A model generated the notes under the pieces. That model saw nothing but the letters and a program-made list of their open reading frames with translations. It searched no databases and was not told the DNA's origin. 58,000 nt of DNA from NCBI GenBank assembly GCA_046153015.1, contig JBJXGF010000407.1, positions 1 through 58,000 of the forward strand, written 5' to 3'. Shown here in pieces: positions 8,147 to 16,308 of the stretch; position 1 is the stretch's first letter, and each line of letters starts with the position of its first letter. The position numbers and the translations under genes were made by a program. The stretch comes from Acidimicrobiales bacterium. GTDB taxonomy: Bacteria; Actinomycetota; Acidimicrobiia; Acidimicrobiales; CAIXPF01.

Positions 8147-8959
8147 TTACGGGATCGGGCGGCGGGCGAAGAACGCGGCCAGCGCGGCGGCCAGCGGCGT
8201 CGGGTTGCACATCTGCAGCAGGTGAGTGGCGTCGGCCAGTGTGTAGGCCTCTGCCTGCGGGAGATGCTCTCGAAGCCAGGCGGCGCCTTGCTGGTCTGCC
8301 TCGGTGGAGGCCGCGCCGGCCACCACGAGGCTGGGCTGGGCGACCCGTCCGGCCTCAGCCGCCGCGAAGCTCCACTCGTCGAGGGCGGGCAGCTCGACCG
8401 CGAAGAAGTGGTCGATGTCGGCCACCGCACGGTCGAACCACCCCGGGAGCAGGGTCTTGTCGAGCGTGGCGCGGTAGTCGGGCCCCGCCACCGCCTGAGC
8501 GAACGCGTCGGTGGCGGCCGCCTTGTCGCCGCTCTGCCAGAGGGCGACGAGGGCGACCAAACCCTCGGCCGTCTCGATGGCCGCCGGCACATGGGTGATC
8601 ACCGGCTCCAGCAGGCCGAGGGTGTGCACCGCAGCGGGGTCGTCGAGCGCAAGCTGCAGCGCGATGCAGCCGCCGTAGGAATGGCCGACGATGTGGGCCC
8701 GCTCGACGCCGAAGTGGGCGAGCACGGCCCGGGCGTCAGCCGCCTGCTGGGCGATCGAGAACGGCCCGCTGTGCTTCACGCTGCCCGAGAAGCCGCGGCG
8801 GCGGTAGTAGATCAGCCGATGGCGGGCGGCCACCGCCGGTTCGGTCCGGAACGGGTCGTACGCGTCGTCGATGATCGCGCCGTGGATCAGCAGCACCGGG
8901 TCGCCCGAGCCGACCGCCTCGCCCTCGAGGTGGCCGCCGGCGACGGGTATGCGTTCCAT
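8147..8959 (-). CDS. alpha/beta hydrolase (tandem copy 1)
   Basis: 270 aa starting MERIPVAGG, with GHSYGG. It is the same length as copy 2. The N-terminal ~115 residues differ at only about 7 positions. Confidence 0.9.
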   Translation of the reverse strand: MERIPVAGGHLEGEAVGSGDPVLLIHGAIIDDAYDPFRTEPAVAARHRLIYYRRRGFSGSVKHSGPFSIAQQAADARAVLAHFGVERAHIVGHSYGGCIALQLALDDPAAVHTLGLLEPVITHVPAAIETAEGLVALVALWQSGDKAAATDAFAQAVAGPDYRATLDKTLLPGWFDRAVADIDHFFAVELPALDEWSFAAAEAGRVAQPSLVVAGAASTEADQQGAAWLREHLPQAEAYTLADATHLLQMCNPTPLAAALAAFFARRPIP

Positions 8960-8961
8960 GG

Positions 8962-9288
8962 TCAGCTCCCCGGCGGCCGGAACGCCGCGCTCTTGGCGAT
9001 GGCCCGGTCGACCGAGTCGGCGTCGAGCAGCTTGATGGCGTCGGCCCAGCTCGTGCCGGGCACGCTGGTCACGGTGAGCACGATGGCGTGCGCCGCCTCG
9101 TCGTCGGGCAGCTCCATCAGCACGTAGGACTCCGTGCCGCCGAAGGCCCAGCGGATCTCGTCGATCACCGAACCGCCCACGCTGGCGGCCAGCGCCTGCA
9201 CCGCGTCGCGCCGGCTGGCCGCGCCGCCGGCGAGCAGGCCCTGGGTCATCTGGGCGTCGTAGCGCCCGTGGAGCAGATAGCGCGCCAT
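8962..9288 (-). CDS. GYD-domain protein (copy 2 of the operon)
   Basis: 108 aa starting MARYLLHGRYDAQMTQGLL..., a GYD-family layout of about 100 aa. Its stop lies 2 nt before the hydrolase start. Its ATG overlaps the stop of the preceding GYD gene (TGATG). Confidence 0.7.
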   Translation of the reverse strand: MARYLLHGRYDAQMTQGLLAGGAASRRDAVQALAASVGGSVIDEIRWAFGGTESYVLMELPDDEAAHAIVLTVTSVPGTSWADAIKLLDADSVDRAIAKSAAFRPPGS

Positions 9289-9620
9289 CAGCTCGCCGCC
9301 CCCGGTGGCCGCCAGTCGGCCCCGGCCGCCGCGGCTCGGTCCATCGTTGCGCTCTCGAAGATCTCGGAGCTGGTGGTGCGGGCGAACGCGCCGCTAGCCG
9401 CGGACAACGCGGCGATGCGCAGCAGCGCCTCGGAGGTGGGCGCGTCGACCACGACCGCGAAGTCCCACTCGCCCCAGTCGAGCCACAGCCAGCTCTCGAC
9501 CTTGCCGCCGACCGACTCAAACGCCTTCGAGCCTTCGGCCTGGCGGACCGCGTAGCCGTCGGACCGGGCGCCGGCGGCGCCCTGAGCTGTGTACTTCGCG
9601 TGGATCAGGTATCTCGCCAA
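9288..9620 (-). CDS. GYD-domain protein (copy 1 of the operon)
   Basis: ARYLIHAKYTAQGAAGA...GEWDFAVVVDAP is the GYD-like core. I prefer the TTG start at 9620, which has ggaagg 8 nt upstream. An alternative ATG lies at 9680. Confidence 0.65.
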   Translation of the reverse strand: MARYLIHAKYTAQGAAGARSDGYAVRQAEGSKAFESVGGKVESWLWLDWGEWDFAVVVDAPTSEALLRIAALSAASGAFARTTSSEIFESATMDRAAAAGADWRPPGAAS

Positions 9621-9671
9621 GGTTGAATGCCTTCCGCTTGCGTACCGCCGGGCGGCGGTGTCGTGTGTGGT

Positions 9672-9818
9672 ATGGCTCATCGGCTGGTGAAGACGAGCGT
9701 CACCGTGCCGGCCGACGAAGATCTCGAGCGAGCAGCCATGGAGTACGAGGCGGCGTTCGCCGAGTGGGACGAGACGGCTTGGGACCATCTCGCCGGTGAG
9801 GGTCTTGACCCGCGGTGA
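9672..9818 (+). CDS. putative short antitoxin (RHH/MazE-like N-terminus)
   Basis: 48 aa: MAHRLVKTSVTVPADEDLERA... followed by an acidic tail. It sits immediately upstream of, and overlaps, a MazF-like reading frame. The family assignment is weak. Confidence 0.4.
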   Translation: MAHRLVKTSVTVPADEDLERAAMEYEAAFAEWDETAWDHLAGEGLDPR

Positions 9819-10153
9819 GCTCCACGTAGCTGACCTCGAGCCGACTCTCGGTTCGGAGGCTGACAAGTGGCGCCCGGTTGTAGTGGTGGCAACGAGGTGT
9901 CGCTGAGAGCGGTGCAACGGGCAGGTCGCGGCGTCGTCACATCGTGCTGTGCACATCGAACGCGAGCATCCGAGGCCGCATGCACGTCGCGCTGGCGCCC
10001 ACTCGCCTGAACGGCTTGCGCCTGGCGTCGAAGGCGCAAGCCGAACAGGTCCGCTCGATCGATGTAGGCCGGCTGCGCCAGCGGCTGGGCAAGCTGTCCG
10101 CGGCCGATCTGGCGGCGCTCGACGCGGCCTTGCGCTATCACCTCGCGCTCTGA
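9796..10153 (+). pseudogene. MazF/PemK-like toxin gene disrupted by one or two frameshifts
   Basis: The N-terminal MazF-like segment (V/L)TRGELHVADLEPTLGSEADKWRPVVVVA in frame 1 stops at 9904. The C-terminal segment IVLCTSNASIRGRMHVALAPTRLNGLRLASKAQAEQVRSIDVGRLRQRLGKLSAADLAALDAAL is in frame 2. A middle piece, NEVSLRAVQRAGRGVVT, reads best in frame 0. Confidence 0.65.
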
Positions 10154-10167
10154 GCGCGGCGCGTCGC

Positions 10168-10500
10168 TCACGACGTGCCCGGCGCGCGATAGCTCTTCCA
10201 CGGTTGGGCGTTGGCGGCTCGATCGGCGTCTGCGCTCGTCATGGCGATGACGACCTCGGAGCGTTCGACCCCGCCGCTGGCGCCGACCTGTTGGGCCATG
10301 TCGAACGCCGCCTCCAGGCTCGGCACCTCGGCCACGTTGATGGCGTGCCACTCGCCGGTTGCGGTCCAGTTGAAGGCGACGACGGCGCCCCCCAGCGCGG
10401 CGAACTGCTCGGCCGCCCACCGCTCCCGGGCCTCGAAGCCGTCTCGGCGCAAGCTGGCCAGGGCCTGCGGGGTGTACTTCACAAGGTGGACAATGCGCAC
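10168..10500 (-). CDS. GYD-domain protein (third paralog)
   Basis: 110 aa from the GTG at 10500: VRIVHLVKYTPQALASL...ATGEWHAINVAEVPS. The remainder of the 258-aa ORF is Arg-rich artefact. Confidence 0.6.
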   Translation of the reverse strand: MRIVHLVKYTPQALASLRRDGFEARERWAAEQFAALGGAVVAFNWTATGEWHAINVAEVPSLEAAFDMAQQVGASGGVERSEVVIAMTSADADRAANAQPWKSYRAPGTS

Positions 10501-10683
10501 GGCGCCTGCTTTCGTTGCTCGCTCGCGAGGTGGTCCCCCAGATCGAGGAACGGTCCCCACCCAGGAGGCGTGCCACGGGCTGTGCCGCGGGACGGCACAG
10601 CGGAGGAGGCGCTCGACCGCGCCCGGTGTCGGTGTGGATGCTCGGTGGCGACGGCGGGTCTGTCGAGCGGCCTCACTCGCGGC

Positions 10684-10800
10684 TTGTGGCGGGTTGTTCG
10701 CGGGGCCCGAAGTATTGACCGCGCGTACAACGTTCTGACCTGCGGCTTTGCGGGTCCTCCCCGGCGCGCTGCTCGCCCCAGCGCGAACAACCCGCCACAA
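10684..10800. repeat. 19-bp perfect inverted repeat flanking a 79-nt AT-richer core (intergenic)
   Basis: The arms are ttgtggcgggttgttcgcg (10684-10702) and cgcgaacaacccgccacaa (10782-10800). It lies in the 434-bp divergent gap between the third GYD gene and the SnoaL-like gene. Confidence 0.85.
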
Positions 10801-10934
10801 CCTCGTCCGCCGGCAGCTCACCGAACCCAGCGGCGTGGCCCTGCGTACCTCGGGCATGGCCGCTGTCGGGCGCGGCGCCGTCGCCGTGGCGCTCGAACGC
10901 TCCCGGCCACCTGAGCACCGCCTTTGGAGGATCG

Positions 10935-11477
10935 ATGACCTCACCGACCATGCCCGTCGATGCGGGCGAGCTCGCCGCCCTCGTGGCCGGCGGGCTCGAC
11001 GCCATGGCCCACGGCGCCCGGGCCGACATCGAACGGTTTGTCGCGCCGCACGCCGTGAACCGGGAGGCGGTCGCCGAGCCGCTCGACTGTCGAGCGCCTG
11101 GGCCGTCGGGGTTCTTCGCCACGGCGCAATGGCTGCGCAGGGCCTACTCCGACCTCAGCTTCGAGGTCCACGAGATCGTTGCCGCCGGCGATCTCGTCGC
11201 CGTCCACTGCACGATGCGCGGCCGCCACACCGGGCCCTTCGTCACGTACCGCTCGGACGGGTCCGTGACCGATGCGTTTCCGCCAACGGGCCGGACGTTC
11301 GCGGTCACCCACACCCACTGGTTGCGCTTCGACCGCGGCCTGATCGTGGAGCACTGGGCCAACCGGGACGACATCGGCCAGGCGGTGCAGCTGGGTTGGG
11401 TACCGCCCACGCCCATGTACCTCGTCCGCATGGCGCTGGCCAAGCGGCGCGCCCGCAGGAGCAGCCGGCAGTCGTGA
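10935..11477 (+). CDS. SnoaL-like / ester cyclase (NTF2-fold) protein
   Basis: 180 aa with the signature of the ester-cyclase/SnoaL polyketide cyclase family: AYSDLSFEVHEIVAAGDLVAVHCTMRGRHTGPF...PTGRTFAVTHTHWLRFDRGLIVEHWANRDD. Confidence 0.8.
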   Translation: MTSPTMPVDAGELAALVAGGLDAMAHGARADIERFVAPHAVNREAVAEPLDCRAPGPSGFFATAQWLRRAYSDLSFEVHEIVAAGDLVAVHCTMRGRHTGPFVTYRSDGSVTDAFPPTGRTFAVTHTHWLRFDRGLIVEHWANRDDIGQAVQLGWVPPTPMYLVRMALAKRRARRSSRQS

Positions 11478-12514
11478 AACCGCGTTCCCAACCGAACCAA
11501 GGGCGCGGCGAGGCGCCCCCTCCCGCCGATCTCGCCGCGCTCAGCCGGCTCGCCGACGGGTTCCTCATCACCCAACTGCTGGGCGTCGCGGTCGAGCTCG
11601 GCATCGGCTCGGCGCTGGCGGCGGGGCCGCGCCGAGGGGCGGAGCTCGCCGCCGCCGTGGGCGCGGACCCCGATCGGCTCACCCGCGTGCTGCGCGGCCT
11701 CGCCGCCGAAGGCGTGCTCGACGAGGCGGCCGACGGCAAATTCGCGCTCACGAGCTGCGGGGCGGCGCTGCCGCTGCTCGAGGGGGCGATCCGCGTTCGG
11801 GCCGGGCTGTACAACCACGCCGCCGGCCGTCTGGTCGACGCCGTCCGCGCCGGAGGCGTGCCCTTCGAGCTGGCGCACGGCGTGTCGCTCTTCGCGCACC
11901 TCGACGGCCAACCGGAGCACGCCGCCGCCTTCCACGCCTCGATGGCCGACCGCTCCCAGCAGGAGGCCCGTGAGGTGGTCGCCGCGTACGACTTCGGCGG
12001 CGTCGGACGCGTCGTCGACGTCGGCGGCGGCGTCGGTCGCCTGCTCGCCGAGATCCTCCTCGCCGCGCCCGACGCAACCGGCGAGCTGATCGACCGCCCC
12101 GCCGCGGTCGCCGCCGCCCGATCCACGCTCGATGCCGCCGGTGTCGGCCCGCGGGCCTCGTGCACAGAGGGCGACTTCTTCGAGGCCTTGCCCACGGGCG
12201 GCGATGTCTACCTGCTCTCGCGCGTGCTGCACGACTGGGCCGACGACGACGCCCGCCGGATCCTGAGGAGCTGCAGCCTGGCGATGACCCCGGCGGCCAG
12301 GCTGCTCATCGTCGACGTGGTGCTCGGGCGCCGGCCGGCCGACAACCCGGCGGCGGTGCGCATGGACCTGCTCATGATGGTGCTTCTCGGCGCCCGGGAA
12401 CGCACCGAGGCCGAGCTCGCGAGCCTGCTGGCCGACACAGGCTTCGCCCTCCGCCGCTGCGTCGACACCGGCTCGGCCAGCGGCATCGCCATCCTCGAGG
12501 CGAGCCTGTGCTGA
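11474..12514 (+). CDS. class I O-methyltransferase (family 2, with an N-terminal dimerisation/wHTH domain)
   Basis: It has the SAM motif VVDVGGGVGRLL and LSRVLHDWADDDARRIL, typical of PF00891-type OMTs. The GTG at 11474 overlaps the cyclase stop (GTGA). Confidence 0.85.
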   Translation: MKPRSQPNQGRGEAPPPADLAALSRLADGFLITQLLGVAVELGIGSALAAGPRRGAELAAAVGADPDRLTRVLRGLAAEGVLDEAADGKFALTSCGAALPLLEGAIRVRAGLYNHAAGRLVDAVRAGGVPFELAHGVSLFAHLDGQPEHAAAFHASMADRSQQEAREVVAAYDFGGVGRVVDVGGGVGRLLAEILLAAPDATGELIDRPAAVAAARSTLDAAGVGPRASCTEGDFFEALPTGGDVYLLSRVLHDWADDDARRILRSCSLAMTPAARLLIVDVVLGRRPADNPAAVRMDLLMMVLLGARERTEAELASLLADTGFALRRCVDTGSASGIAILEASLC

Positions 12515-12526
12515 CCCCGTAGGCAG

Positions 12527-12557
12527 CAGCGGCGCGGTCGGAAGCGGCCCGCCGCTG
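12527..12557. terminator. possible bidirectional hairpin between convergent genes
   Basis: cagcggcg (12527-12534) pairs with cgccgctg (12550-12557). There is no clear U-tract. Confidence 0.3.
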
Positions 12558-12564
12558 TGAGTGT

Positions 12565-13455
12565 TCAGCTCGGCGAGTTGAGGCCTACGAAGCCGGCGCT
12601 GATCGCTCGTTCGCCGTTCTCGGTCAGCACCTCGAACGGCACGCCGACCCCGTCGCCCGCTTCGACCCGGTCGTAGAGGCGGACCGTGATCGTGGAGGGC
12701 ATCAGCACCATGGCGGTGAAGCGGGCGCTGACCCGGCGCACGAGGGCCGGGTCGCCGCCGCAGGCCTCGTCGACCACCGTGGTCACCCCGTGGGCCAGGG
12801 TGGCGGTGCCGTGCAGGATCAGCTCCGGCAGCGCCGCCGCCTCCGCCACCGCGATGTCGGTGTGGATGGGGTTCCAGATCTGCGCGCACTCGGTGTAGGT
12901 GTGCGCCGCGCCCCGGGCGATCGAGACGCGCCGCTCGTGCACGGGCGCGGCCCCGGAGGGCGGGCCCGGCGCCGGGGGCGCCAGCGGCGGTGCCGGCCGG
13001 GCCGGCCCGTCGAGCTCCACGCCGAGATACAGCGAGCCGTTGTCCGTGACGCACACCACCTCGCCGGCGGCGTCGACCGTGGTCTCCCGCAGCACCGTGT
13101 ACACCCCGGGCTTGCGGGCCTCGACGCCGACGACCTCGGCGTGGGTGGTGAGCACGTCGCCGGCGCGCACCAGGCGATGCACGACCGAGTCATGGGTGGC
13201 GTGCACGCCGCGGCGGGCCTCGTCGGCGCTGAGCACCGCCTCGTAGAGGGGGAGGCGGCGGGCGGCGAGCATCGAGTCCCACTCCACGCAGACCGGGAAG
13301 AGCGGATGGCCGACCACGCCTCCTGGACGGCGGGTGTCGAGGTAGGCGGGGTTGTAGTCGTCGAGCGCCGCGGCGTAGGCCATCAGCCAGCGGGCGGTCA
13401 CCTCGTGGGTGATCACCTCGACCGGCACGCCGACCGCGGCGGAAGGGACGGGCAC
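12565..13455 (-). CDS. MaoC-like double hot-dog (de)hydratase
   Basis: 296 aa with two hot-dog halves joined by a Pro-rich linker. It has a hydratase-type motif region (IHTDIAVAEAAALPELILHGTATLA). Confidence 0.75.
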   Translation of the reverse strand: MPVPSAAVGVPVEVITHEVTARWLMAYAAALDDYNPAYLDTRRPGGVVGHPLFPVCVEWDSMLAARRLPLYEAVLSADEARRGVHATHDSVVHRLVRAGDVLTTHAEVVGVEARKPGVYTVLRETTVDAAGEVVCVTDNGSLYLGVELDGPARPAPPLAPPAPGPPSGAAPVHERRVSIARGAAHTYTECAQIWNPIHTDIAVAEAAALPELILHGTATLAHGVTTVVDEACGGDPALVRRVSARFTAMVLMPSTITVRLYDRVEAGDGVGVPFEVLTENGERAISAGFVGLNSPS

Positions 13456-13457
13456 GG

Positions 13458-14543
13458 CTACTCGAAGACGATGACCGAGCGGTTCACCCCGCCGCCCTTC
13501 ATCGCCTCGAAGCCCTCGTTGATCTCGTCCAGCGTGATGCGGGCCGAGACCATCTCGTCGAGCTTGAGGCGGCCCTGCAGGTAGAACTCGATGTAGCGGG
13601 GCATGTCGACCCGGAAGCGGTTGGAGCCCATGCTCGAGCCCATCAGCCGCTTCTCGCTGAGCAGCTCGGGCCCGTGGATCTCGACCTTCTGGCCCACCGG
13701 GATCATGCCGATCACCACCGCCGTGCCGCCCGGGCGCAGCATCTTCCAGGCCTGCTCGGCGGCGACCTTCAGCCCGATCGCCTCGAACGCGTAGTGCACC
13801 CCGCCGCCGGTGAGCTCACGCACCTGGCCGATCGGGTCGCCGTCGGCCGGGTTCACCACGTCGGTCGCGCCGAACGAACGGGCCACCTCGAGCTTGGAGG
13901 GCACCATGTCGATGGCGATGATGCGGGCCGCGCCGGCCAGCAGGGCGCCCTGCACGGCGGACAGGCCGATGCCGCCGCAGCCGATCACCGCCACCGTGGA
14001 GCCCGGCTCGACCTTGGCCGTGTTGAGCACCGCCCCCACCCCGGTGGTGACCCCGCAGCCGATCAGCGCGGCGCGGTCGAGCGGCATGTCCTCGCGGATC
14101 TTCACCACCGCGTTCTCGTGGACGAGCAGACGCTCGGCGAACGAGGACAGCAACGCGAACTGCGCCATCTTCTCGTCGCCCTTGGACAGCCGGGGCGGCG
14201 CCCCCTTGGGCCGGGTGACCGCGCCCTTGTTGTTGCACAACGCGAGCCGGCCGGTGAGGCAGTACTCGCAGCCGCCGCAATACACCGAGGGGCAGGTGAT
14301 CACGTGGTCGCCGGGCTTGACGTAGCTCACCTGATCGCCGACGGCCTCGATCACGCCGGCGGACTCGTGGCCGAGCACGGCGGGCAGCGGATGCGGGTAG
14401 AGCGCCTCCATGTAATGCAGGTCGCTGTGGCACAGGCCGGCCGCGGCGGTGCGCACGACCACCTCGTGGGGGCCGGGCTTGTCGTGGCTGATGTCTTCGA
14501 TGCTGAGCTGGCCCGGCTGCTCCCGGAGAACGGCGGCGCGCAT
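13458..14543 (-). CDS. zinc-dependent alcohol dehydrogenase (MDR family)
   Basis: It has GHESAG, a structural-Zn Cys cluster (CGGCEYCLTGRLALC) and the Rossmann motif GCGGIGLS. The ATG start is at 14543. Confidence 0.9.
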   Translation of the reverse strand: MRAAVLREQPGQLSIEDISHDKPGPHEVVVRTAAAGLCHSDLHYMEALYPHPLPAVLGHESAGVIEAVGDQVSYVKPGDHVITCPSVYCGGCEYCLTGRLALCNNKGAVTRPKGAPPRLSKGDEKMAQFALLSSFAERLLVHENAVVKIREDMPLDRAALIGCGVTTGVGAVLNTAKVEPGSTVAVIGCGGIGLSAVQGALLAGAARIIAIDMVPSKLEVARSFGATDVVNPADGDPIGQVRELTGGGVHYAFEAIGLKVAAEQAWKMLRPGGTAVVIGMIPVGQKVEIHGPELLSEKRLMGSSMGSNRFRVDMPRYIEFYLQGRLKLDEMVSARITLDEINEGFEAMKGGGVNRSVIVFE

Positions 14544-14632
14544 TGAACAACCCCCTGAGACTGTGCTTCGGTGAGCATGGCACATCTCGCCCGGGCTCGG
14601 CGCGAGTGCGCGGCCGGGGAGGGGCCAACGCC

Positions 14633-15367
14633 ATGACCACCGAGATCTCACTGCTCGACGCGCTCGCGACCACCCGCTCGATCCGCCGATACCGGCCCGA
14701 TCCGATCCCCGAGGCCGACCTCAACCGCATGCTGTGGGCGGCCACCCGAGCGCCGCAGGGCTCGAACCGGCAGGGGTTCCGCTTCCTCGTGCTGCGCGAC
14801 GGACCCCGCGCCCAGGCCGCCCGCCGGCTGATCGGCGACGCGGCCCAGTCGATGTGGAACGCCAAGCGGGCCATCGACCGCTACGACGAGGGCTCAGGGG
14901 CGGCCGCCGACACCCCCAAGGCGCGCATGGCCGCCACCATGGCGCACTTCGTCGACCACGTGCACGAGGCGCCGGTGATCGTGGTCGCCTGCCTCCACCT
15001 GCATCACCGGCCCGAGCTCTCCCTCGGCGGCGCCGTCTACCCCGCGGTGCAGAACCTGCTGCTGGCCGCCCGCGCCATGGGCTACGGGGGCTGCATCACC
15101 GGCTTCTACCGGTCGGTGGAGCCCGAGCTGCGCCGGGTGCTCGCCATCCCGGAGAACCCCGACGAGGTGGCGATCGCCGCGGTGATCACGCTCGGCCGCC
15201 CCGCCGGCCGCCACGGCCCGGTGCGCCGCCGCCCGATCGCCGAGCTCGTCTACGAGGACGGTTGGGGGGAGGCGCCGGCGTGGGCGCAGGACCCGCCCGG
15301 CGCCCGCTTCACCAGCGCCGGCCCGCCCCGGCGCACCCGGGGCCAGGAGCCCTTCCCCGGCGAGTAG
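14633..15367 (+). CDS. nitroreductase-family protein
   Basis: TTRSIRRYRPDPIPEADLNRMLWAATRAPQGSNRQ is typical of the NADH/FMN nitroreductase fold. The ATG at 14633 follows ggggagggg. Confidence 0.8.
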   Translation: MTTEISLLDALATTRSIRRYRPDPIPEADLNRMLWAATRAPQGSNRQGFRFLVLRDGPRAQAARRLIGDAAQSMWNAKRAIDRYDEGSGAAADTPKARMAATMAHFVDHVHEAPVIVVACLHLHHRPELSLGGAVYPAVQNLLLAARAMGYGGCITGFYRSVEPELRRVLAIPENPDEVAIAAVITLGRPAGRHGPVRRRPIAELVYEDGWGEAPAWAQDPPGARFTSAGPPRRTRGQEPFPGE

Positions 15368-15439
15368 CGGCCGGTTCGGGGGCGCGGCCGATGCACTACG
15401 GTTCGGCGGACCGCGGAGGTCAGGGGGAGGCGCACCAAC

Positions 15440-16303
15440 ATGCTGCAGTGGAAGGTCGGCGACGCGACGATCACCTCCATTCCCGAGAGCGAGGGGCCGA
15501 CCTCGCCCCGGTTCCTGTTCGAGGGCCTGAGCAAGCAGGACGTGCTGGCCCGCGCCGGCGCCGCGCCGTGGCTGCGCCCGCACTTCGTGAGCGACGACGG
15601 CTACCTGCTGATGCGCATCCAGTGCCTCGTGATCGAGGCCGGAGGTCACCGCATCGCGGTCGACACCTGCGTCGGCAACGACAAGGCGCGCCACAGCCCC
15701 GACTGGAACAACCTCCAGCTTCCCTTCCTGGAGGACATGGACGCGGCGGGCCATCCGCCGGAGTCGATCACCGAGGTGGTCTGCACCCACCTCCACGTCG
15801 ACCACGTCGGCTGGAACACGCGTCTGGTCGACGGGCGCTGGACGCCGACCTTCACCAACGCCCGCTATCTGTTCGCCCGGCCCGAGTTCGAGCACTGGAA
15901 GAGCGCCCCGGATCTGTTCGGCGACGACGTGTTCGGCGATTCGGTGGCGCCGATCCACGAGGCCGGCCTGGCCGATCTGGTGGCCGTCGACCATCGCATC
16001 AGCGAGAACGTGTGGTTCGAGTCGACGCCGGGGCACACCCCCGGGCACATCTCGGTCGTCGTCGAGTCCGCCGGTCAGCGGGCGGTGATCACCGGCGACA
16101 TGGTCCACTCGCCGATGCAGATCGACGACCCGGAGCTCGCCGCGGTGGTCGACACCGACCAGGTGGAGTCCCGCGCCAGCCGGCGCGCCGCGTTCACGCG
16201 GTGGGCGGAGGCGAACGCGCTGGTGATCGGCACGCACTTCGCCGATCCCTCGGCGGGCCGGTTGGCAAAGCTCGACGGCGGCAAGTTCCGCCTGGAGGTG
16301 TGA
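15440..16303 (+). CDS. MBL-fold metallo-hydrolase
   Basis: It has the HxHxDH motif (CTHLHVDHVGW) and downstream His/Asp ligands (TPGHTPGH, HF). Confidence 0.85.
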   Translation: MLQWKVGDATITSIPESEGPTSPRFLFEGLSKQDVLARAGAAPWLRPHFVSDDGYLLMRIQCLVIEAGGHRIAVDTCVGNDKARHSPDWNNLQLPFLEDMDAAGHPPESITEVVCTHLHVDHVGWNTRLVDGRWTPTFTNARYLFARPEFEHWKSAPDLFGDDVFGDSVAPIHEAGLADLVAVDHRISENVWFESTPGHTPGHISVVVESAGQRAVITGDMVHSPMQIDDPELAAVVDTDQVESRASRRAAFTRWAEANALVIGTHFADPSAGRLAKLDGGKFRLEV

Positions 16304-16308
16304 CGCGC

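Noticed and set aside
9677-10576. 299-aa minus-strand ORF covering the toxin-antitoxin remnant and part of the third GYD gene.
   Set aside because: It has Arg-rich artefactual composition, and it conflicts with the MazF-like frames and the GYD gene.
14734-16308. N-terminal extensions of fused track ORFs. Examples are 14734-18186, 2373-4883, 10748-12514, 44632-47742, 47696-49354 and 7315-8592.
   Set aside because: The recognisable domain begins at an internal ATG or GTG, often with an RBS or a 4-nt overlap with the preceding stop. The upstream portions are Arg/Pro-rich and overlap other real genes.
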